Source of the DNA: Ignavibacteriaceae bacterium | GTDB lineage: Bacteria > Bacteroidota > Ignavibacteria > Ignavibacteriales > Ignavibacteriaceae | NCBI GenBank assembly: GCA_023229425.1 | Contig: JALNZG010000006.1 | Coordinates: forward strand, 117,130-181,129 | Direction of reading: 5' to 3' | Length of the DNA: 64,000 nt | In this document: piece after piece, positions 28,542 through 36,072 of the stretch | Numbering within the stretch: the first letter of the stretch is position 1 | Layout: every line of letters starts with the position of its first letter | Translations under genes and position numbers: made by a program | Notes under the pieces: model-generated | What the model was told of the DNA's origin: nothing | Databases searched by the model: none | The model's input: the letters and a program-made list of their open reading frames with translations, nothing else

Positions 28542-29927
28542 ATGGAATTTATTGAAGGGCAAACGCTCAATAATATTATCGGAAAAGAGGTAGGTCCCAT
28601 TCCCTACGAAAAAGTGCTCCCTCTCTTTACCCAAATTCTTGAAGAGATCAGTTACGCTCATCGGCAAGGGGTTGTTCACCCCGATCTTAATCCAATTAAC
28701 ATTATCCTTACTCCGGAAAACAAAATAAAAATAACCGATTCCGGTATTACCGGTAAAAAGAGTCAAACCCAAACACCAAAAACCGGCACAAAGAGGGGGA
28801 CACTTTTTTATAAATCACTCGAGCAACTTCGGGGTGAAAATGTTGATAAGCAATCCGATATTTACAGTTTGGGAATTATCCTTTATGAAATGCTTGCCGG
28901 AAGATTGCCATTCGATAAGTATGAAAAGATGAGCGATTTTACGCTGATGAACAAAATTGTTAGCGAAAAACTAGACGATCCTCGAGAATTTTATCCTCAC
29001 ATACCCGAATGGCTTGTAAACATAATTCATAAAGCTACAGCAAAGGAAAAATCCGAAAGGATAAAAACTGCCGATTCTTTTATCTCATTATTAAAAACCG
29101 GAAAAGAGACTTTTGAGAAGCAAGTTCAAGAAGAGCTTGAAAAAGAGAAACGACTCCGTAAAGAAAGAGAAGATTCTGAAAAGAAAGCTCAAGAAAAAAT
29201 TTTAACAGTAAGGCAACTGAAAAGAGAAAAAGAAATAACAAGACCAACTGAACAAGAGCCCTCGATAAAAGAGCCAAACAAAGGGAAAGCGAAAAGCATT
29301 AAAGGAAGGAAGAAGAAAATCGTAGTTATTCTTTATTTAGTTTTTTGGATAGCAGTAGCATCGGCGTCTTTTTTGATTATTTATGATAATAAAACTATAG
29401 ACAGCGAATGGATGACTGAAAACCTAAATATTGCCTATTACAGAAATGGGGATTCGATTCCTGAAGTAACAGACCCGAAAAAATGGGCAAAGTTAAAAAC
29501 CGGCGCTTGGTGTTATTATGATAATGAGCCGGAGAATGGTAAGGAATATGGAAAGTTATATAATTGGTATGCAGTAAATGACCCGAGAGGATTAGCCCCG
29601 GAAGGATGGCATATACCGACGATTGAAGAATTAACAAAAGCAGTAAATAATGATGGTGATGCATTAAAAGCGATGGGATATGGAAGCGGCAAAAACACAA
29701 GCGGCTTCTCTGCATTGCTCGCGGGCTACCGCGACAGCGTTGGTTACTTTTACGATTTGGGTTACGTCCCTTACTTTTGGAGTTCTACGGAGTACGATAC
29801 AGTGAGCGCATACGATTTGGTTCTGCCCTACCACGACAGCAATGTCACTTTGTCACATAACAGTAAGGCTTACGGCTTTAGTGTTCGCTACCTTAAAGAT
29901 AAAAAGAAGCTGGTACTTATACAATAA
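28542..29927 (+). CDS. N-lobe-less Ser/Thr pseudokinase - coiled-coil - TM - FISUMP (Fibrobacter succinogenes major paralogous) domain protein
   Basis: Starts at the kinase hinge (MEFIEGQTL). Catalytic loop is HPDLNPIN (canonical HRDLKPxN), DSG replaces DFG, and SLE replaces APE. The C-lobe block DIYSLGIILYEMLAGRLPF is conserved. Then a K/E-rich linker, TM IVVILYLVFWIAVASASFLII, and FISUMP (WMTENLN...YGKLYNWYA...GWHIPT...NTSGFSALLAGYR...FWSST...YGFSVRYLKD). Confidence 0.75.
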   Translation: MEFIEGQTLNNIIGKEVGPIPYEKVLPLFTQILEEISYAHRQGVVHPDLNPINIILTPENKIKITDSGITGKKSQTQTPKTGTKRGTLFYKSLEQLRGENVDKQSDIYSLGIILYEMLAGRLPFDKYEKMSDFTLMNKIVSEKLDDPREFYPHIPEWLVNIIHKATAKEKSERIKTADSFISLLKTGKETFEKQVQEELEKEKRLRKEREDSEKKAQEKILTVRQLKREKEITRPTEQEPSIKEPNKGKAKSIKGRKKKIVVILYLVFWIAVASASFLIIYDNKTIDSEWMTENLNIAYYRNGDSIPEVTDPKKWAKLKTGAWCYYDNEPENGKEYGKLYNWYAVNDPRGLAPEGWHIPTIEELTKAVNNDGDALKAMGYGSGKNTSGFSALLAGYRDSVGYFYDLGYVPYFWSSTEYDTVSAYDLVLPYHDSNVTLSHNSKAYGFSVRYLKDKKKLVLIQ

Positions 29928-29934
29928 ATTTTAG

Positions 29935-30039
29935 CGCAGAAGACTTTCTTCGGGAGTTTATTTGTACAGCATTAATGCAGTGTCGGTGGATGGGAAACAG
30001 AATTTTAGAGCAACTAAAAAAATGATAGTTCTAAAATAG
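29935..30039 (+). pseudogene. orphan T9SS CTD tail fragment
   Basis: Translates to RRRLSSGVYLYSINAVSVDGKQNFRATKKMIVLK*. Preceded by an in-frame TAG at 29932. Shares the exact 21-mer TTTAGAGCAACTAAAAAAATG with 30861-30881. Confidence 0.65.
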
Positions 30040-30085
30040 AATTAAAACAAACAGAAACGGTATAAGCGAATCAATCCTAGGAGTT

Positions 30086-30808
30086 ATGAAAACAAAAAAA
30101 ACATCCTTAACTATTAAAATACTTCTAGTGCTAAGTGTTTTTATCTTATCAATTATTTCACTTAAATGCAATTATGGGGAAGAACATGATGCTGGAGGGA
30201 TTGTTAATTTTATAATAGTCGTTGATTCGGATATGGATTCATTGACGGTATCAAACTATGACATTTTTAGTGCTGATGTAATAAAAATAAATATCAAAGA
30301 ATTTCCATGGTCGTATAAATACAAAGATGCATTTTCAAACAGCCAGCCTTGGTTTTTCAAAAGTTACAATGATTCTGGTTACATTAAAATTGCTTTTTAT
30401 AGTAGTGAATTAGAAAATGATAATAAATATGTGTTAAGAGATTCAATAAGATATTATGCTCCCTTTAATGATTTTAGTATGCAGTGGGCATCAGAAGAAA
30501 AAGTAAATTACAATTATAAAATGTCGGCACAGCCTGATTCGGTAAAAATTAAATTGGGATGGGATGCAGAGTGGGCAGATTATAGCACAGATACACTTAT
30601 TACAAATCACTATTGGTCGTTAACTGAATTTGGAGGTCGATATGACATGTTAAGAGGAATGATAATTAATCCAACAGAGACAGATAATTGCAAGTTTCAA
30701 TTCACCAGTTCAGGGAAAGTCGGTAGAAATTACAAGTCGTTTTATATACCAAAAAATGATACGGTTTATTTTAAGATATACAAGGGGTTATTAACAGTTT
30801 TGCAGTAG
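30086..30808 (+). CDS. hypothetical secreted protein
   Basis: Signal/TM SLTIKILLVLSVFILSIISL. Trp/Tyr-rich, with no recognisable domain. Confidence 0.5.
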   Translation: MKTKKTSLTIKILLVLSVFILSIISLKCNYGEEHDAGGIVNFIIVVDSDMDSLTVSNYDIFSADVIKINIKEFPWSYKYKDAFSNSQPWFFKSYNDSGYIKIAFYSSELENDNKYVLRDSIRYYAPFNDFSMQWASEEKVNYNYKMSAQPDSVKIKLGWDAEWADYSTDTLITNHYWSLTEFGGRYDMLRGMIINPTETDNCKFQFTSSGKVGRNYKSFYIPKNDTVYFKIYKGLLTVLQ

Positions 30809-30821
30809 TGAGAAAGCATAG

Positions 30822-30896
30822 GATTTGTTCATCCAAGTGTTGTTAGATGGAAAGGGAAAGTTTAGAGCAACTAAAAAAATGTTGTTGATGAAATAA
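30822..30896 (+). pseudogene. orphan T9SS CTD tail fragment
   Basis: Translates to DLFIQVLLDGKGKFRATKKMLLMK*. Preceded by an in-frame TAG at 30819. Confidence 0.65.
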
Positions 30897-30916
30897 AAAT
30901 TCAGACAAGGTGTTTT

Positions 30917-33217
30917 ATGCGAATAAAAAAAAAGATACGGATAATGTTAACGGTGGTGTGTATTTGCACATTGCAATTAACCTCACAAACCGTTACTGGT
31001 AAATTAGTTGACCAAAACGGTAGTGGTTTAGCGGGCATACAGTTAGAACTTTATATTAATCCAAAAGTATATAACGCAACTTCTTCTTCAGATGGATCAT
31101 TTATTTTTAATGATATTACTTATGTGCAAAAAGATGAACTGCTCCCAACCGGGTATTCGGTCTCAGATAATTATCCAAACCCATTCAATCCTAAAACGAG
31201 GATTGGAATAACATTACCCAACAGTGGAAGTGTTAGAATTAGTTTGTATAATTTTCTTGGACAATCTGTTCTAGCAGAGCTTGAAAGATATTATAGCGCG
31301 GGAACAAATTTTGTCGATTTAGAACTGAACGGATTACCGAATGGTGTTTACTTTGCTAGAGTAACACTAGATGGAAAATATACAGTTACAAAGAAATTGA
31401 TGCTCATCTATGGCAGTCAGCATCTGCCTTCTTCAATAAACCTCCCAAATATTCAACTTAACAAATCCACAATTACAAATAGTTTAACATTGGAGACAAA
31501 TCTTGATAGTCTTGTAGCTACCAGCACTATCACGGGAAGAAAAACTTTTAAGAATTTGCCAAGCATCGTGAGTAGTTCATTAAATTTAGGGAATTTTACT
31601 ATTGAAAGATTTTGTCTTGGTCTGCCAACGGTAACATATGAGGACAAAACATATAATACTGTGCAGATAGGTGCTCAATGCTGGTTAAAAGAAAATCTTA
31701 ATGTCGGAACTATGATAAATAGTTATAATTCGGCCGATTCTATGAGAAATAATGGCATAATTGAGAAATATTGTTTTAGGAATGATACTGCAAACTGTAG
31801 TAAATATGGAGGCTTGTACCAATGGGATGAAGCATTGACGTATAATGGGACAGAAAAAGTTCAAGGGATATGTCCAAGCGGTTGGCGTATCCCCACAAAA
31901 TCAGAGGGTGAAACGTTAAAGGCATCTGTGAACAATGATGGCAACGCATTAAAAGAAGTAGGAGAGGGAACGGGGAGCGGAATTGGCACCAACACCAGTG
32001 GCTTCTCGGCATTGCTCTCTGGCCACCGCTCTTCATATGGTTTTTTCGAATTTTTGGCAACCTCCACTAGATTTTGGAGTTCTACTAAGTATAGTACAAC
32101 AGCTGCCTTCTTTATGGCCTTGTCTAGCGATATCAATGCCACCTCCTTCAACGATGTAAATAAGTCATACGGTTTCAGTATTCGTTGCTTAAAAGATGAA
32201 AACACTATTAAAATAGGCAGTCTGAAAGACCAAACGATTTCCATGAACTCGCAATTTGGTCCGTACAAGATTTTAATGAGTCATGTAAAGTCACCTCTTG
32301 ATAGTATTGAAATATTTGCCGCTTCATCTAATTGGGAATTGGTAGACACAAATTCCATTGTACTGACCAAAACTAAAGATGAAATTACTCTAACCGTATT
32401 ACCGAGTCTTGGAAAATATGGCGTGACAGAAATATCTTTGGTTGTTCAAGACAAAGAGAACAGAGACTCCGCTAGTTTTAATTTGACCGTTGTTGCAAGC
32501 AATGCAAATTTATCTTATCCAACCATCTTGAGAAAATTGGATGAAACCGAAATGACAATTAGACAGAACGAATTGACCCAAATGCTCGGAACAAAATATA
32601 TTGCAACACTTGATTCGTTTGGTCTTATAGGGCATCTAGGAATGTTGAGTAGAGGGCGGTCGAGCATAACTACAGCCGATCAAGCTATTTCGGTCGCAAA
32701 AAATGCATTATTACATTTTAAAGATTTTACAAATGTTGCTGATACTTCGTTGTTGACCGTTCACGAGGCAACAAATTACAACCCTTTCCCAACGAATAAT
32801 TCAGATTGGACTGTCGATTTTGATAATCAGTCGTATAATAATCTTGAAGTGTGGCGAACCAACATTCTTTTGCTTATCAACGATGTAAAAATCTCTATGG
32901 ACTGGCATCATTACAAAGACATTTTTATTCCTAAAGTTGATTTGATCAGTAAAGAAAGAGCAAAAAGAGAATTAGTCGGAAAAGAAATCTCATATTATTG
33001 CTGGGGACCAACCAAATTTACGATGACCGAAGAATCCATTAATATTGATAGTTTGTCATTAAGTATTTACCCTTTAAGTAAAAATGATGTGATAGAGTTT
33101 CGGGCAGTTTGGAAGGTTCCTATTTATGAATCATCAAGCCAATTTCCAAGTTGGTATTATTTCATAGATGTTTTGACTGGTGAGATAGTTGGAACTGAGC
33201 AGTTGTTTATTTGTTAA
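30917..33217 (+). CDS. multidomain secreted protein: CarboxypepD_reg-like - internal T9SS CTD-like domain - FISUMP - unknown region with PepSY-like C-terminus
   Basis: Signal peptide and TGKLVDQNGSGLAGIQLEL. The internal CTD is NYPNPFNPKTRIGITLP...GVYFARVTLDGKYTVTKKLMLI at aa ~84-165. FISUMP is YNTVQIGAQCWLKENL...YGGLYQW...GWRIPT...NTSGFSALLSGHR...FWSST...YGFSIRCLKD. The C-terminus reads ...WYYFIDVLTGEIVG. Confidence 0.75.
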   Translation: MRIKKKIRIMLTVVCICTLQLTSQTVTGKLVDQNGSGLAGIQLELYINPKVYNATSSSDGSFIFNDITYVQKDELLPTGYSVSDNYPNPFNPKTRIGITLPNSGSVRISLYNFLGQSVLAELERYYSAGTNFVDLELNGLPNGVYFARVTLDGKYTVTKKLMLIYGSQHLPSSINLPNIQLNKSTITNSLTLETNLDSLVATSTITGRKTFKNLPSIVSSSLNLGNFTIERFCLGLPTVTYEDKTYNTVQIGAQCWLKENLNVGTMINSYNSADSMRNNGIIEKYCFRNDTANCSKYGGLYQWDEALTYNGTEKVQGICPSGWRIPTKSEGETLKASVNNDGNALKEVGEGTGSGIGTNTSGFSALLSGHRSSYGFFEFLATSTRFWSSTKYSTTAAFFMALSSDINATSFNDVNKSYGFSIRCLKDENTIKIGSLKDQTISMNSQFGPYKILMSHVKSPLDSIEIFAASSNWELVDTNSIVLTKTKDEITLTVLPSLGKYGVTEISLVVQDKENRDSASFNLTVVASNANLSYPTILRKLDETEMTIRQNELTQMLGTKYIATLDSFGLIGHLGMLSRGRSSITTADQAISVAKNALLHFKDFTNVADTSLLTVHEATNYNPFPTNNSDWTVDFDNQSYNNLEVWRTNILLLINDVKISMDWHHYKDIFIPKVDLISKERAKRELVGKEISYYCWGPTKFTMTEESINIDSLSLSIYPLSKNDVIEFRAVWKVPIYESSSQFPSWYYFIDVLTGEIVGTEQLFIC

Positions 33218-33245
33218 AGTATTTCGTACAAAAATTAAAGAGCCT

Positions 33246-33914
33246 ATGAAAAATGTAATTTATTTTATTCTTGTTTCACTTCTTGTGTTTACATCATGCA
33301 AGAAAGATGCAAGCAATCCTCTATCTCCAATAGACACTTCGCAAACAGTTACGTACTCTGGGAAAGTGTACCACACAGTAAAAATTGGTAATCAAACTTG
33401 GCTTAAAGAAAACTTGGATGTCGGTGTGATGATTGATAGTATGCAAAACCCAAGCAATAACGGAGTAATTGAAAAATACTGTTATGGTAATGACACAGCA
33501 AATTGTACTAAGTACGGTGGATTATATCAATGGAGTGAAGCAATGGCTTATGACACCGCAAACGGTACAAAAGGCATCTGTCCAACTGGATGGCACATAT
33601 CAACGACGGCAGAATTTGATACATTAGCGGCAGCGGTGTATAATAATAGCAACTCACTAAAAGCAGTTGGGCAAGGAGATTCGCAATATGGAGGAGCTGG
33701 CACAAACTCGAGCGGTTTCTCTGCCTTGTTAGCGGGCTACCGCTCCTATAGTGGTAACTTCTTCAATTTAGGAAACGTCACTCTCTTTTGGAGTTCTACA
33801 AAGGACCCTGGAACGTACGCCTACAACATGTACATGTGGGACAGTGGTAGCATTATCAGCATTGGCCTTGGGTTCAAGGTGTACGGTTTGAGTATTCGTT
33901 GCATAAAGGATTAA
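33246..33914 (+). CDS. FISUMP domain lipoprotein
   Basis: The ATG at 33246 gives MKNVIYFILVSLLVFTSCKKD (lipobox), preferred over the listed start at 33189. A full FISUMP domain ends in YGLSIRCIKD*. Confidence 0.8.
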   Translation: MKNVIYFILVSLLVFTSCKKDASNPLSPIDTSQTVTYSGKVYHTVKIGNQTWLKENLDVGVMIDSMQNPSNNGVIEKYCYGNDTANCTKYGGLYQWSEAMAYDTANGTKGICPTGWHISTTAEFDTLAAAVYNNSNSLKAVGQGDSQYGGAGTNSSGFSALLAGYRSYSGNFFNLGNVTLFWSSTKDPGTYAYNMYMWDSGSIISIGLGFKVYGLSIRCIKD

Positions 33915-34200
33915 AATGAAAATTAACGGATTTTGTGTAACATACGATTTGACAAGTCGAAATTATGACCAGTAATTGCATGAGATTCAATTAAGAATTA
34001 ACTAAACACCCTGTAATTGTTATGAGTAAAAAGAACAATTCGAATGCAGTACTATTAATATCGTTAATGTTTCTTGTCCTAAATTGAAAGTTAAAACCAT
34101 AGAGTTTTGTGCAATCTAAAAAGATGATAGTTTTAAAGTAAGCAGCATCATAAACAGGAACCAGAAAATCGAAACATACATTTTCGCAAGACCATCGGGA

Positions 34201-34947
34201 TTGCAAATAAAAGGGTATGCAAAAAAAATTAACGACGTAAATACGGTTCTTTGTTTTGATCTCGAAGATATCCTAAAAGAGATACCCGGCGATTCGATTA
34301 ATGCCGATGAAAAACAATTGCAGAGGAAAGCAGTTGTAGATACGATAGCAGTATTGAGCGACTCTTTTAAAAACAGACGTATCGGGATTAGGGTGAACAT
34401 TTTTAATTCAAATGAGTTTTATAAAGACCTTGAAGCCTTAGGAAAACTTAAAACACAAGTAAGGTTAACCTCAATTTTTTTACCAAAAGTTGAAAACGGA
34501 AAAGAGATTCTACATTGTTTTAATCTTTTCAAGGAGAGAGAAATTGAATTCGAAGATATTATTCCGATCATCGAAAGTAAAAACGCATACGTAAATCTCA
34601 ACGAGATTGTGACCGTAGCAAAAGATTTTACAAAAAAATTAGCTTTTGGCCATTGTGATTTTAATTATGCGCATCACCATTTCCCTTTCTTGCACCAACG
34701 TTCAGAAAAATATTGGGAATGGATTGAAGCTATTAACAAAGTTACAGAAGCCAATAATATACTCTTTATAAACTCACCGTATCTATTTCTGGATGATGAT
34801 GAGGGCTTTTTATGGAATCTAAAACAATTGAACTCAATTGTTACGGGTAGTGTTGGACAAATTACTTTAACTTTACGCCAGACAATGCTATGCTCGCTCT
34901 ACAAAAATAATTCAATCCCGTTTGCACTTAAAAAAAATATTTTGTAG
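34201..34947 (+). CDS. HpcH/HpaI aldolase / citrate lyase beta (CitE)-like protein, apparently disrupted (see finding)
   Basis: FDLEDIL, RIGIRVN, IFLPKVENGKEI, IIPIIESKNAYVNLNEI and LAFGHCDF follow the CitE-like block order. The start is TTG with no upstream ATG. The C-terminal part continues in another frame after an A8 run. Confidence 0.55.
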   Translation: MQIKGYAKKINDVNTVLCFDLEDILKEIPGDSINADEKQLQRKAVVDTIAVLSDSFKNRRIGIRVNIFNSNEFYKDLEALGKLKTQVRLTSIFLPKVENGKEILHCFNLFKEREIEFEDIIPIIESKNAYVNLNEIVTVAKDFTKKLAFGHCDFNYAHHHFPFLHQRSEKYWEWIEAINKVTEANNILFINSPYLFLDDDEGFLWNLKQLNSIVTGSVGQITLTLRQTMLCSLYKNNSIPFALKKNIL

Positions 34948-35109
34948 AGAACAAACAGATAAAAACTTTCGCAAATACTCTCATTTCTGATTTTGAAGAG
35001 AATAGGATGGGGACTCTAAGTTTCTCGCTCAACCGTAAAAAGAGGATCGTCATCTCTCCTCAAGAGTATTTGGCGGCAAAAGAATATTTAAGAGAATTGA
35101 ACTTTTCAA

Positions 35110-35952
35110 ATGGAGAATAAAATCAAAGTTTTAATTGTTGGCGGTTGTTTCCCCGTTCAGGAGAATATTACCCCAGAGGACCTTTATCACCAGATATTAA
35201 AAAAGAAACTTAACGAATATATTGGAGTAAATCTGGAAATTAAAATAATCCGTTACGATCTTATTCCTCAATGCTATGAAGCTATAGTTGAAGCAATTGA
35301 TCTAGACAAACCGGATTGGATATTATTCCACTTGAGGGTTGAACCGCTTTTGGGTTTGGCTAAACTCTATTATAAATATCATGACAAAAATAAGACAAGA
35401 ACTACGTGTATTACTGCCTCTTCTATAAACTTCAAATACAAAAAGAACCATCCGACAGGCAAGGAGTTAAAGGATAAAGAGAGTTCCGGAGGATCATTAA
35501 ATTCACAAAGTTTGGTGCGTTACATTTTAAGAGAAATGAATTACTTTTTGGGAAAAATTGTTGGAAATATGACCTCCGCATTTGCTATTTATTTAGATTT
35601 ATTACAACAGATCATTACGTTATGTAAGAATAGCAATATCGAACTCATAATTACGGGTCCGGTTTCAAGACCACATACTTTTTATGAAGATTATTTTTCC
35701 CGCAAATTGCATCTCTTTATAAATTCATTTATCAGTGGCAAGGGAATGATCTATCTAAATTGTCTTGGGAGAAGCGATCAAAACGGTGAATCACTTTTTT
35801 TTGATGATCAAATTATGGTTAATGAAAGAGGTCACAAAAGAATTGCAGAATTAATTTATACAGCGATCTGTGAACAAAATTTATCTATACGGACAATGGT
35901 TGTCAGGGATGAAACATGCCCCGGGTCTAAAGGCACCCACAAATTGCTGTAG
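35110..35952 (+). CDS. hypothetical protein, weakly SGNH/GDSL-hydrolase-like
   Basis: KVLIVGGCFP sits at the block-I position (no GDS serine). MVNERGHKRIAELI resembles block V (DxxH-type). Confidence 0.4.
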   Translation: MENKIKVLIVGGCFPVQENITPEDLYHQILKKKLNEYIGVNLEIKIIRYDLIPQCYEAIVEAIDLDKPDWILFHLRVEPLLGLAKLYYKYHDKNKTRTTCITASSINFKYKKNHPTGKELKDKESSGGSLNSQSLVRYILREMNYFLGKIVGNMTSAFAIYLDLLQQIITLCKNSNIELIITGPVSRPHTFYEDYFSRKLHLFINSFISGKGMIYLNCLGRSDQNGESLFFDDQIMVNERGHKRIAELIYTAICEQNLSIRTMVVRDETCPGSKGTHKLL

Positions 35953-36072
35953 TGATTGCCCTGTTTACCGTAATGCAACGGCGGGGAGTATCAACTTTTT
36001 CATTCTGAATTCTTACTTCTGAATTCCGCCTTCTTCCCTTATTACTTTAAACTTTCAACATTCCGCCGCTAG

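Noticed and set aside
24283-29991. A shared TCGGTGGATG 10-mer at 24283-24292 and 29982-29991 was considered as a dispersed motif.
   Set aside because: An exact 10-mer match is at chance level for this window size, and the flanks do not align.
30097-30933. Poly-A tracts (A8 at 30097-30104, A9 at 30925-30933) at the 5' ends of consecutive island genes were considered as slipped-strand phase-variation switches.
   Set aside because: They encode the Lys-rich n-region of signal peptides, which is common in AT-rich genomes. There is no evidence of length heterogeneity from a single sequence.
33189-33245. The listed upstream start (MELSSCLFVKVFRTKIKEP...) for the FISUMP lipoprotein.
   Set aside because: It overlaps the preceding gene by 29 nt and adds a non-signal N-terminus. 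The ATG at 33246 yields a canonical lipoprotein signal peptide.
28542-33914. A complete DGR cassette (RT, Avd, TR) inside the island.
   Set aside because: No reverse-transcriptase-like ORF is present, no ~120-aa Avd-like ORF, and no near-identical template copy of any FISUMP 3' segment in the window. Only the compositional VR-like signature remains, and that is reported as a finding.
34945-34947. In-frame TAG read-through of the CitE-like gene.
   Set aside because: On recounting, the downstream open frame is -1 relative to the gene, not in-frame (RTNR* follows in frame). The A8-tract frameshift explanation fits instead.
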